A DNA stretch of 64,000 nt from Candidatus Latescibacterota bacterium (lineage in GTDB: Bacteria > Latescibacterota > UBA2968 > UBA8231). The position numbers were made by a program, and so were the translations under genes. Positions 28,761-37,462 of the stretch are shown here, piece by piece. Location: contig OZ244561.1 in assembly GCA_965217585.1 (NCBI GenBank), forward strand, positions 960,001-1,024,000. Reading direction: 5' to 3'. Position 1 is the first letter of the stretch, and every line of letters starts with the position of its first letter. The notes below the pieces were generated by a model that was not told the DNA's origin, ran no database searches, and saw only the letters and a program-made list of their open reading frames with translations.

Positions 28761-31520
28761 ATGCAGCCGACTTTAGTCGTCCGGGAGGCCTGCGAACACA
28801 ACCTGCGCGCCGTCTCCTTGGACCTGCCCCACGAATCCCTTGTGGCCGTCAGCGGCCCGTCCGGGTCGGGCAAGACTTCCCTCGTATTGGACACAATTTA
28901 CGCCGAGGCGCGTCGGCGCTTTCTCGCGGCACTGGATCAAGGAGGCGGCTGGCGCGCATTGCGCGTGCCCAAGGCCAGCCGCATCGACGGCTTGGCCCCT
29001 GCCCTCGCGCTAGCGGGAGGGGTCGGACACCAGAGCCCACGGGCTACGGTGGCGACCCTGTCCGGCTTGTACGACCTGTTGCGCCTGCTCTTTGCCCGCG
29101 TCGGACGGCCCGGCTGCCTCCACTGCGGTGGGCGGGTGCAGACGCATCGCTTTGAGGAAGCAAACGAAACGGCTGCGAGCATGCCGGCTGGCACTCGCCT
29201 GATGATTCTCGCGCCGCGCCGCCTGCGGGAGGACGAGACGCCCGAGCAGGTACTCGCCGCGATCGATCGCGCCGGCTACCGCCATGTGCGCCTCGACGGA
29301 CAAGACCTGCTACTGGAGGAAATTGCGTCCGAGCGCATCGCCCGCGCCCAGCACCTGTCCGTGGTCGTCGATCGCCTCATCGTCAAAAAGGACGTCGCGC
29401 GCCGCTTGCAAGGGTCCCTGCAAGCGGCCTTAGAGGCAGGCGACGGCCAAGTGGTACTTTCTACCCCAGACGCAGGCAGCGATTTGGTTTTTGCCGTGCG
29501 ACCGGCGTGCTCGGCCTGTGGCGCACCCTTTCCGGCCCTAGAACCCGCACTGTTTTCCTTTAATAGCGCGGCCGGGGCCTGCGCGACGTGTCGGGGCCTC
29601 GGGGTACAGAGCGGCTTGAGCAGCGAGCAGGTCTTCACCGATGGACGAGCCACGCTCGAAGGGGCACTGGGTCCCCTGTGGCACGACTTTGGGCACGGCG
29701 ATCTGCGCGACCGCCTACAAGCCTTTTGCCGGCGGCACCAAGTCGATCCCGAACAGCCCGTGGGCGACTGGCCGGGACCAGCGGCCGAACGGCTGTGGCA
29801 TGGAGAGGGCCGGCGGAGCCGGTTTATCGGGCTAGCGCGTTGGCTGGAGCGCGTCGGTGCCAAAGCCAAAGGCGAGGAATTGACCTGGCTGGAGGAACGC
29901 CTCGACGACGCGCCGTGCCCTAGCTGCGGCGGGGCACGCTTGCGGCCCGAATCCCTCGCAGTGGAATTGGGCGGGGCGTCGATTGCTGCGGTCGGCGAGT
30001 GCGCGGTTGCCGCGGCGGCCGAGTGGCTCCGAAGCCTCGATTTTCCCGCGACTATAGCCCCCGTGGGCGAGGCCATCCGCGTCCAGATCAGCCGCCGGCT
30101 GAGCCTGTTGCAAGAGCTGGGGCTGGAGTACCTGCAACTAAATCGCCGCGCCGATACTCTGTCGAGTGGAGAATTTCAGCGGCTGCGACTCGGATCCGCC
30201 CTGTCGTCAGGCACTACTCAGATGCTCTACGTACTCGACGAACCCAGCGTCGGTTTGCACGCGCGCGACGCCGCCCAGCTACTGGACGCACTCAGGGCAC
30301 TGCGCGACGCCGGAAACTCCGTATTCCTAATAGAACACGACTCGGCGCTCTTGCGCGGGGCCGACTGGCTGATCGACATGGGGCCAGGCGCGGGGACCGC
30401 CGGAGGGCAGGTCGTGGCTGAGGGCACGCCGAGCGAGGTAGCGGCGACCGAGTCTTTGACCGGACGCTATCTGCGCGGGGCGCTGCAATTGCCGCGCACC
30501 CAAGCGCGCCAGCCACAGGGGTGGTTGGTGCTATCCGGTGCCAGCGGCCACAATTTGCGCCAACTCGACGTGCAATGGCCGCTGGGGACCTTGACCTGCG
30601 TGACCGGGGTTTCCGGGTCGGGCAAAAGCTCGCTGGTCAGCCACACCCTACATCCGCTCTTGGCCGCCAAACTGCACGGTGCCCAGCGACGCCCCCTACC
30701 CTATAGCTCTTGCACTGGAATCGAGCAGGTGGCGCGCGTCGTCGCGGTTGATCAGCGGCCCATCGGCCGCACCACACGCTCAAATGCGGCGACCTACACG
30801 GGGTTGCTAGCGCCGATTCGCCGCCTGTTTGCCGATCTACCCGAAGCCCGCCTGCGGGGCTACCGACCCGGGCACTTCAGCTTCAACGCCCCGGAGGGAG
30901 CCTGCGACCTGTGCAAGGGCCGGGGAGTGCATAGCACGCGCCGGGGTGCCTTCGACGATCTCGAAGTCGTCTGCCCTTCTTGCAGCGGACGGCGCTACCG
31001 CGCCGAGGTCTTGGACGTGCGCTTCCACCAGCACCACATCGCCGAAGTGCTGGAGCTGAGCGTAGCCGCGGCGAACGCGCTTTTTGCGGCCGTGCCCCAA
31101 GTCGCGCAGCGGCTAGCGACCCTCGCGGAAGTGGGCTTGGGGTATTTGCATCTCGGTCAACCGGCGACCAGTTTTTCCGGCGGCGAGGCCCAGCGGGTTA
31201 AGCTGGCCGCTGAACTAGGACGCTCGCGCCAAGATCACGCGCTCTATATCCTCGACGAGCCGACCTCGGGCCTGCACTTGGAGGATGTGCGCTTGCTGCT
31301 GGCGCTGTTGCAGCGCTTAGTTGACGAGGGTAATACCGTAGTGGTGGTTGAACACCACATCGAATTTATCGCAGCCGCCGACTGGGTCATTGACTTGGGG
31401 CCAGAAGGCGGAGAAGCTGGCGGGGCGATCACGGCTTGCGGCCATCCCGAGGAAGTGGCTGGCGCGGCTGGCTCCCACACGGGCGCGTACTTGCAGCAGT
31501 TGTTTGCCGCGCAAGGCTGA
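28761..31520 (+). CDS. uvrA: Excinuclease ABC subunit UvrA (divergent)
   Basis: Walker A motifs GPSGSGKT and GVSGSGKS, signatures LSSGE and FSGGE, LDEP, CxxC zinc fingers. Confidence 0.9.
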   Translation: MQPTLVVREACEHNLRAVSLDLPHESLVAVSGPSGSGKTSLVLDTIYAEARRRFLAALDQGGGWRALRVPKASRIDGLAPALALAGGVGHQSPRATVATLSGLYDLLRLLFARVGRPGCLHCGGRVQTHRFEEANETAASMPAGTRLMILAPRRLREDETPEQVLAAIDRAGYRHVRLDGQDLLLEEIASERIARAQHLSVVVDRLIVKKDVARRLQGSLQAALEAGDGQVVLSTPDAGSDLVFAVRPACSACGAPFPALEPALFSFNSAAGACATCRGLGVQSGLSSEQVFTDGRATLEGALGPLWHDFGHGDLRDRLQAFCRRHQVDPEQPVGDWPGPAAERLWHGEGRRSRFIGLARWLERVGAKAKGEELTWLEERLDDAPCPSCGGARLRPESLAVELGGASIAAVGECAVAAAAEWLRSLDFPATIAPVGEAIRVQISRRLSLLQELGLEYLQLNRRADTLSSGEFQRLRLGSALSSGTTQMLYVLDEPSVGLHARDAAQLLDALRALRDAGNSVFLIEHDSALLRGADWLIDMGPGAGTAGGQVVAEGTPSEVAATESLTGRYLRGALQLPRTQARQPQGWLVLSGASGHNLRQLDVQWPLGTLTCVTGVSGSGKSSLVSHTLHPLLAAKLHGAQRRPLPYSSCTGIEQVARVVAVDQRPIGRTTRSNAATYTGLLAPIRRLFADLPEARLRGYRPGHFSFNAPEGACDLCKGRGVHSTRRGAFDDLEVVCPSCSGRRYRAEVLDVRFHQHHIAEVLELSVAAANALFAAVPQVAQRLATLAEVGLGYLHLGQPATSFSGGEAQRVKLAAELGRSRQDHALYILDEPTSGLHLEDVRLLLALLQRLVDEGNTVVVVEHHIEFIAAADWVIDLGPEGGEAGGAITACGHPEEVAGAAGSHTGAYLQQLFAAQG

Positions 31521-31611
31521 GTGGTCTTTCAAAAAAGTTAGTTACTATTTTTATCTTGGCCTTTTAGTCTGGATTCAGGCAATAAACTTAACGGAATAAG
31601 TAGTTAAAGGC

Positions 31612-31640
31612 TTGATTTCTTGACCTCTCGATAGTATTTT
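31612..31640 (+). promoter_or_regulatory. Inward promoter at the left TIR driving passenger genes
   Basis: TTGATT-17-TATTTT upstream of the GGAGG RBS of the 31675 gene. Confidence 0.5.
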
Positions 31641-31674
31641 CGCCTCCATAAATCTCACAACCGGAGGCAATACT

Positions 31675-32199
31675 ATGAAGATCACCAGTTACGTCCTATT
31701 GGGCCTTTTATCTTGCGTTGAGGTCTTGGCCGAAGAAACCGCCTTTGATAGAGCTGTAAAAGCCTATCGGACCTACAAGAACGCCCAAATTATCTACTTT
31801 GAAGCCAGAGACCGACACGAAGAAACTAGGCTGGCTTGGGATGCTTATTTGGCCGTAGACTTCGCCGATGACGAAGCCCGCAAGAAAGCGAGGGCTGACT
31901 TTGATAAGGCTAAGGACGCAAATAAAGAAGTCAGAGGGGCCTATGCGATTTTTCAGATAACCGGAAAAGCCTATAACAAAGCCTTTCTCTCCATTCCAGA
32001 GGTCAAGCTAGCTTGGGACTCCTGGGAGGAAGCACTCGACCATCATGCTGTTGTTTACCGTAATGACAACTCTTCAATTGCCGATTATGAAGAGGCTGAC
32101 CGCGTCGCCGAAGAAGCTCAGGCTCTTTATGAGGCGGTGGCCGAGGTGTTTAAGGAATCCATCAAAGAAGCCTACAAGAAGGGCGAGAATCTTCAATGA
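31675..32199 (+). CDS. Hypothetical secreted alpha-helical protein (IS passenger)
   Basis: GGAGG RBS, signal peptide ending VLA, Ala/Lys/Glu/Tyr-rich helical body. Confidence 0.75.
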   Translation: MKITSYVLLGLLSCVEVLAEETAFDRAVKAYRTYKNAQIIYFEARDRHEETRLAWDAYLAVDFADDEARKKARADFDKAKDANKEVRGAYAIFQITGKAYNKAFLSIPEVKLAWDSWEEALDHHAVVYRNDNSSIADYEEADRVAEEAQALYEAVAEVFKESIKEAYKKGENLQ

Positions 32200-32345
32200 C
32201 TACACCCAAGGGGAATCCTATATGGAACGTGTTAGAGACTATTCTTGTGGTTATAGTTGCTACGTTAATAGCCATAATGAAGATCGCTAAGAAGGGGAAA
32301 AAGAAGGGGAAAAAGGGCCGCTTTGGTGATGGAAGATGGCAATAA
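32196..32345 (+). CDS. Small 49-aa membrane protein (IS passenger; not in the ORF track)
   Basis: ATGA overlap with the upstream stop; MTTPKGNPIWNVLETILVVIVATLIAIMKIAKKGKKKGKKGRFGDGRWQ has one TM helix and a polybasic tail. Confidence 0.6.
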   Translation: MTTPKGNPIWNVLETILVVIVATLIAIMKIAKKGKKKGKKGRFGDGRWQ

Positions 32346-32358
32346 ACCATCGAGACGA

Positions 32359-32853
32359 TTAATCAGGGAAGTTTTGCAAAATGGCATCACGTAGTTCTAC
32401 TACTAAAACATCTAGCACCTGATCGACGGTAAGCGCGTTCTCGTAGGCACAAGTTTTTATCTTCTCTTCGAGTTCTTTAGGCGGCGAGTATTCGTCTTTT
32501 ACGTATTTTCTGCAAAACTCTTGTATTTCGTATGGGTGGCGATCTTTGAGACGGGAGACTAGCACTTCGGCTTGCTTTTTTGCCCAAACATTGGCCATAA
32601 GCGTATTAGAAATAGACTGACCCAAAGGGGTCAAATTGATCGGACTTCCTCCAGAGGTAGGCCGATCTGGTAGCCGCCGAAAAAGTTCTTTAATGTCGGC
32701 GCGGAACTCTCTGATTGCTTCTTCAAGCGTCGTTACAACGGTGTTCATCTGACCTTTCCATTCCCCGATTTTGAAGATCAACACGATGAAACTTCCACAT
32801 GCAACCAAGATTCCCAACGTGACGCCGTATGTAACAGGGTTATTCCAGTCCAT
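32359..32853 (-). CDS. Hypothetical membrane-anchored protein (IS passenger)
   Basis: GGAGG RBS, N-terminal TM helix, coiled segment, helical C-domain. Confidence 0.75.
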   Translation of the reverse strand: MDWNNPVTYGVTLGILVACGSFIVLIFKIGEWKGQMNTVVTTLEEAIREFRADIKELFRRLPDRPTSGGSPINLTPLGQSISNTLMANVWAKKQAEVLVSRLKDRHPYEIQEFCRKYVKDEYSPPKELEEKIKTCAYENALTVDQVLDVLVVELRDAILQNFPD

Positions 32854-32943
32854 TGTATCCTCCCGTCAGAAGTGTGCGGAGAAGAGAATAGGACAAAAAT
32901 GACGTTGCCTCAATAACTGAACAAACAAGCAGATTATTCATTC

Positions 32944-33816
32944 CTATGCGAAGCACGCCCGCAGTAGGCCATTAAAGGCATCGGTATCTTTCCGGTGGTT
33001 GTACTTCCAGCAGGCTTCCGCGACGAAGAGGGGCGACCAGCCTTTGGTGTACTTGTGATGGGAGCCGTACCACGCCCGCTTGAGCAGGCTCCAGAAGCCC
33101 TCAATCGTGTTGGTGTGTAGGGTCTTGTCGTTAGGATCGACGTAGCCCTCGTCGTGCTTAATGACGCGATGGGGCATCAGCTTGTAGGCGTTGGTGTAGG
33201 CTTTATACTCATCGGTGATTAGGGCCGAATCCTCCGGCTCTACTGACTGCTCGATAAAGCCTAAGACGGTTGCACCTTTGGTATCGTCGGTTACTTCGGC
33301 TTTGACTTCGCCCTCGCTCTGGACGGCTCCAACGACCGAGGTTTTACCCGAGGCTCCCCGACCGCGCTTGTTGTTCTTGTCCTTGTGGCGAGGTTTGCCG
33401 CCGAGATAGGTTTCGTCGGCCTCAATGATGCCTTGGAGCAATTCGCCGTCGTCGCTAGCCATCGCGGCCCGGATGCGCTGTTGCATGAACCATGCTGTTT
33501 TCTGGTTCAGTTCCAGATCGCGGGCAAGTTGGAAGCTGGACAAGCTCTTTTTCGCGTTGGCCATCAGGGAGATCGCCAGAAACCACTTTTGTAGGGGTAC
33601 CCGGGTCCCTTGGAAGATGGTACCCGAGAGAACATTGAAGCTCGACGTGCAGTTGTGGCAGTTCCAGCGGCCAATCTTCTGACCCTCCGCCTTGCGAGCT
33701 ACGCGGTCGCTTTGGCACAGCGGGCAAAGGGCAACCTCCGGCCAGCGGATCGCCTCTAAATGGTCTATGCAAGACTGCTGACTGGGGAATTGATTGAAAA
33801 CGCTGATTAGGTTCAT
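32944..33816 (-). CDS. IS1595 family transposase
   Basis: CPLC...CHNC zinc ribbon, HTH, EADETYLGG, ITDEYKAY, HTNTIEGFWSLLKR. Confidence 0.95.
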   Translation of the reverse strand: MNLISVFNQFPSQQSCIDHLEAIRWPEVALCPLCQSDRVARKAEGQKIGRWNCHNCTSSFNVLSGTIFQGTRVPLQKWFLAISLMANAKKSLSSFQLARDLELNQKTAWFMQQRIRAAMASDDGELLQGIIEADETYLGGKPRHKDKNNKRGRGASGKTSVVGAVQSEGEVKAEVTDDTKGATVLGFIEQSVEPEDSALITDEYKAYTNAYKLMPHRVIKHDEGYVDPNDKTLHTNTIEGFWSLLKRAWYGSHHKYTKGWSPLFVAEACWKYNHRKDTDAFNGLLRACFA

Positions 33817-33840
33817 TTCCGCATCTCCTTTGTTACTATA

Positions 33841-33869
33841 AAGATACGAAAATAAAGGGGATAAGTCAA
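33841..33869 (-). promoter_or_regulatory. Transposase promoter with -35 overlapping the right TIR
   Basis: TTGACT-17-TATCTT followed by an AAGGAG RBS. Confidence 0.65.
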
Positions 33870-33932
33870 GCCTTTAACTACTTATTCCGAAACTTAATTG
33901 AAAGACCGCTGAGCTAACCGAGGAGACTTTCA

Positions 33933-35102
33933 TTGGACCTACAAAAAATACAAGCCTATATGCAGCAGGAGGGGATCGGCGCTTGGTTGGTGTACGATTT
34001 TCGCGGCGGCAATCCGGTCTTGTGGCAGTTGTTGGGCCAGCGGCGGCAGACGACCCGGCGCGTCTTTCTCATCGTGCCGACCGCGGGCGAGCCGCGTCTG
34101 CTCGGCTCGGCGGTCGAGCCAGAGGCCCTCGCCGGGCTGGGCGTAGAGATCGCCCATTACGCTAGCTGGGAACAGCTACATGCCCTGCTGCGCGATGCGG
34201 TGGAGGGTCTGCCGCAGGTGGCTATGGAGTACTGGCCCGGGGGCGCGCTACCCACGGTATCTTGGGTCGATGGCGGCACCTTAGAGCTGGTGCGCTCCCT
34301 CGGCCCCGAAGTGGTGTCTTCGGCCGATCTGTGCCAAGTGGCCTTGGCCACCTGGAGCGCGGACGCGCTCGCCTCGCATCGCGACGCTTGCCGCCAAGTG
34401 GCCGAAGTCAAGGACATGGCCTTTGAACACATACGCAGCCAACTCCGCACCGGCCTCACTGAATTCGACGTCCAAGCGTTCATCGTCGCCGAACTGGAGC
34501 GGCGCGGCCTCGACCTAGGGCATCCGCCGATCGTCGGCGTCAATCGCAACAGCGGCAATCCGCACTACGAGCCGCGTGCGGACACCGCCGCCCCCATCGA
34601 GCCGGATGCTTGGATCCTCATCGACCTGTGGGCGCGCCATCCCGGCGAGCAGCACGTGTTTGGCGACATAACTTGGGTCGCCTTTGCCGGCCCGCGCGTG
34701 CCAGCGGCCCACGCCGAGGTCTTTGCCGCGGTGCGCGAAGCGCGCGATCAAGTGCTGGCGCGGCTCGATGACGCGTGGCGCGCTGGCGAAGTGCTGCAGG
34801 GCTGGCAACTCGACCGAGTGGCGCGCCAAGCCATGGCAAGGCGCGGCTTGGGCGAGCAATTCGTCCACCGCACGGGGCACAGCCTCGGCCCGGGGCCGAG
34901 CATCCACGCGCTAGGCGTAAACCTCGACGACTTGGAAACCCACGATGCGCGGTCGATTCTGCCGGGCACTGGCTTTTCCGTGGAGCCGGGCGCATATCTG
35001 CCGGAGTTCGGCGTGCGGCTCGAAGTCAATGTGTACGTGGATCCAGAGAGCGGCCCGGAAGTTACGACCCCCATCCAAAACGAAGTCGTCCTCTTGCTTT
35101 GA
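33933..35102 (+). CDS. M24 family (Xaa-Pro) aminopeptidase
   Basis: PHY, IDLWA, GDITW, HRTGHSLG, SVEPGAY, GVRLE; GAGGAG RBS before TTG. Confidence 0.9.
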   Translation: MDLQKIQAYMQQEGIGAWLVYDFRGGNPVLWQLLGQRRQTTRRVFLIVPTAGEPRLLGSAVEPEALAGLGVEIAHYASWEQLHALLRDAVEGLPQVAMEYWPGGALPTVSWVDGGTLELVRSLGPEVVSSADLCQVALATWSADALASHRDACRQVAEVKDMAFEHIRSQLRTGLTEFDVQAFIVAELERRGLDLGHPPIVGVNRNSGNPHYEPRADTAAPIEPDAWILIDLWARHPGEQHVFGDITWVAFAGPRVPAAHAEVFAAVREARDQVLARLDDAWRAGEVLQGWQLDRVARQAMARRGLGEQFVHRTGHSLGPGPSIHALGVNLDDLETHDARSILPGTGFSVEPGAYLPEFGVRLEVNVYVDPESGPEVTTPIQNEVVLLL

Positions 35103-35770
35103 GCCTTGGAATCGTCCTCGTCAGCGGTGGACTCGACTCCTGCGTCGCCGCCGCCATTGCCACCCACCGCGGCCCCCTGGCCTTTCTCCACTTGCGCTAT
35201 CGCCAGCGCACCGAAGGCCGCGAATTCGCGGCGTTTACCGCCCTCGCGGATCACTTTCAGGTGAAGACCCGCCTCGTGGTGGACGTCGATTACATGCGCC
35301 AAATCGGCGGCTCCAGCTTAACCGATGCGACCCAGCCCATCCCCGAAAACGAGGCCGCAGCCGGCCTACCCTCCACCTACGTCCCCTTCCGCAATGCCAA
35401 CTTGCTCGGCGTGGCCGTGGCTTGGGCCGAGGTCATTGGCGCAACCGACATCTACATCGGTGCCCACGAAGCAGAAAGCCAGTACCCGGACTGCCGGCGG
35501 GAATTTTTCGCCGCTTACGAGCGCATGGTCGCCGCTGGTACTGGTCCGCAAACCCAAGTGCGCATCCAAACTCCGCTCATAGCCTGGGACAAAGCCGCCA
35601 TCATCCGCTGCGGCCTAGCGCTCACCGCCCCCCTGCACCTGACCTGGTCCTGCTATCAGCGCGAAGACCTCGCCTGTGGCCGCTGCACAAGCTGCCGCAT
35701 GCGCTTGGCGGGCTTTCGCCGGGCCGGTGCCGACGACCCCTTGCCCTACGCCTCTATTCCAAGGAGCTAA
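35099..35770 (+). CDS. queC: 7-cyano-7-deazaguanine synthase QueC
   Basis: SGGLDS, TYVPFRN, YPDCR, TWSCY...CGRCTSC; TTG start overlapping the upstream stop. Confidence 0.93.
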   Translation: MSLGIVLVSGGLDSCVAAAIATHRGPLAFLHLRYRQRTEGREFAAFTALADHFQVKTRLVVDVDYMRQIGGSSLTDATQPIPENEAAAGLPSTYVPFRNANLLGVAVAWAEVIGATDIYIGAHEAESQYPDCRREFFAAYERMVAAGTGPQTQVRIQTPLIAWDKAAIIRCGLALTAPLHLTWSCYQREDLACGRCTSCRMRLAGFRRAGADDPLPYASIPRS

Positions 35771-35773
35771 CCC

Positions 35774-37357
35774 ATGCTAATCGGCTACGTCAGCGACGAA
35801 CGCTACATTGCCCTGCACGACGTGCAGTTCGAACTCGCCAACGAAAACCTGCACGTCGAAACCCGCTCGCGGGCCACCGGCGAGGTCTTCGCCGACATTC
35901 CCCCCGGTCCCTACACCGTGACCTTGCAAAAAGACGGTTTCGGCCCCAAGCGCGGGCAAATCAACATCCACCCCGACCGGCCGCACCACTTCCGCTTGCT
36001 CGCGCATCAGTTGCTCGGCTACGCCTGGCCCAAGTGGGTCCAAGCGGGCGAGCAATCCGAGTTCCGCGTCCACGCGCTCGAAGCCTACCGCCTCGATTTG
36101 TGGCGCTATGGCTGGGAAAAAGAACACATCCGCCCGCTGGGCTGGTTCGACGAGCACGGGCCGCGCGCCACCATGCAGATCACCCCGGACGACGACTACA
36201 CGCAAACCGGGATAATGTGGAACAAGTTTGGTTACACTAGCCCCACCCACAAACAGTTCGTCACCGCGCCGGAACGCTCTGGCCTCTACTACTTCCACGC
36301 CAAAGGCGAGTCCGGCGCGTTCTTCTCCTTTCCCTGGATCGTCGCCCCAGCCGCCCCCAGCGCGGACATTGCGGTCCTCGCCGCCAACATCAACTGGAAC
36401 GCGTACAACAATTTTGGCGGGCGCTCCAACTACATCCACCCCGACTGCTTCCCGCCCACGCCGACGATCAATGCCCGCCTAGAACTGAAGCGCTATACCG
36501 ACCCCGAACACATCAACTTCGACGCCGAGGACTACGCTCCCCTCTCCTTCGACCGGCCCGAGCCGATCAACCACGTTCCCGAGGACGCCGAGATCACCGA
36601 TCCCATCGCGGGACGCTCCGCCTCTCACGTGGCCCCGGCCGAGTGGCGCTTCCTCGGCTGGCTAGAGCGCGAGGGCTATGCCTACGACCTGTACGCCGAG
36701 ACCCAATTTCACTTTGGCCAGCTCGACCTCGACCAGTACAAAGTCCTCATCATCACCACCCATCCCGAGTACTGGTCGCGCAAGATGTACTACGAGCTCA
36801 AGGCGTGGGTGCGCGAGCGCGGTGGCAAACTCATGTACTTGGGAGGCAACGGCCTCAACTGCGAAGTGGAGCTACTCGACGAGCAGACGATGAAGGTCAA
36901 AAACGGCGATATGCGCGTCCAGCGGGCCGAGGGCTACGAGAGCCGCTTTCACCAGTACAACGAGTCCGAGGCCAACCTGCTCGGCGTGGTCTGTACCCTT
37001 GCGGGCATTATGACGTCCGCGCCGTATCAAGTCCTCGCCGCCGACCACTGGATTTTCGCCAACACGGGCGTCAAAAACGGCGATGCCTTCGGCGCGGCTA
37101 GCCTGCACGAGCGGGTACCCGGCGGTGCCTCCGGCCACGAGACCGACAAGACCTCGCCCTTTTCGCCCCCCGGCACCGAAATCGTCGCCCGCGGCCTCAA
37201 CCCGGACCGCGGCGGCGCGGAAATCGTCCACTACGAGACGGCCAGCGGCGGCGCAGTTTTTTCCGTCGGATCCATCACCTATCCAGCCTCGATTCTCGTG
37301 GACGAGGTCGTCTCGCGCATTACCGCGAACGTCATCGAGCGCTTTGTCGCGGCATAG
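35774..37357 (+). CDS. N,N-dimethylformamidase beta-subunit family protein with an N-terminal carboxypeptidase-regulatory-like domain
   Basis: SGLYYFH, WNAYNNFGG, SFDRP, HPEYWS, YLGGNG. Confidence 0.75.
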   Translation: MLIGYVSDERYIALHDVQFELANENLHVETRSRATGEVFADIPPGPYTVTLQKDGFGPKRGQINIHPDRPHHFRLLAHQLLGYAWPKWVQAGEQSEFRVHALEAYRLDLWRYGWEKEHIRPLGWFDEHGPRATMQITPDDDYTQTGIMWNKFGYTSPTHKQFVTAPERSGLYYFHAKGESGAFFSFPWIVAPAAPSADIAVLAANINWNAYNNFGGRSNYIHPDCFPPTPTINARLELKRYTDPEHINFDAEDYAPLSFDRPEPINHVPEDAEITDPIAGRSASHVAPAEWRFLGWLEREGYAYDLYAETQFHFGQLDLDQYKVLIITTHPEYWSRKMYYELKAWVRERGGKLMYLGGNGLNCEVELLDEQTMKVKNGDMRVQRAEGYESRFHQYNESEANLLGVVCTLAGIMTSAPYQVLAADHWIFANTGVKNGDAFGAASLHERVPGGASGHETDKTSPFSPPGTEIVARGLNPDRGGAEIVHYETASGGAVFSVGSITYPASILVDEVVSRITANVIERFVAA

Positions 37358-37381
37358 CCAAGGCACCCATTCGGCCTTATC
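37244..37381 (+). repeat. Left copy of the 138-bp direct repeat bounding the RM/TA island
   Basis: Matches 47371-47508 with about 12 mismatches by manual count. Confidence 0.95.
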
Positions 37382-37419
37382 CTAAGATGTTTTAACCACC
37401 CGTAATGATTTAACCACCC

Positions 37420-37447
37420 GTAGGGGCGACCGGCCGGTCGCCCCTAC
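37420..37447. repeat. GTAG-type REP-like perfect palindrome
   Basis: GTAGGGGCGACCGGCCGGTCGCCCCTAC; identical copy at 44585-44612. Confidence 0.85.
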
Positions 37448-37462
37448 AGTACAGGAATCCCA

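Larger units (their letters stand above)
31592..33889 (-). mobile_element. Complete IS1595-family element with passenger genes (2298 bp)
   Basis: Perfect 24-bp TIR CGGAATAAGTAGTTAAAGGCTTGA (31592-31615, inverted at 33866-33889); 8-bp TSD AAACTTAA (31584-31591, 33890-33897). Confidence 0.95.

Noticed and set aside
34775-35098. N-terminal extension of QueC
   Set aside because: Overlaps the M24 peptidase gene; QueC homology begins at the TTG at 35099
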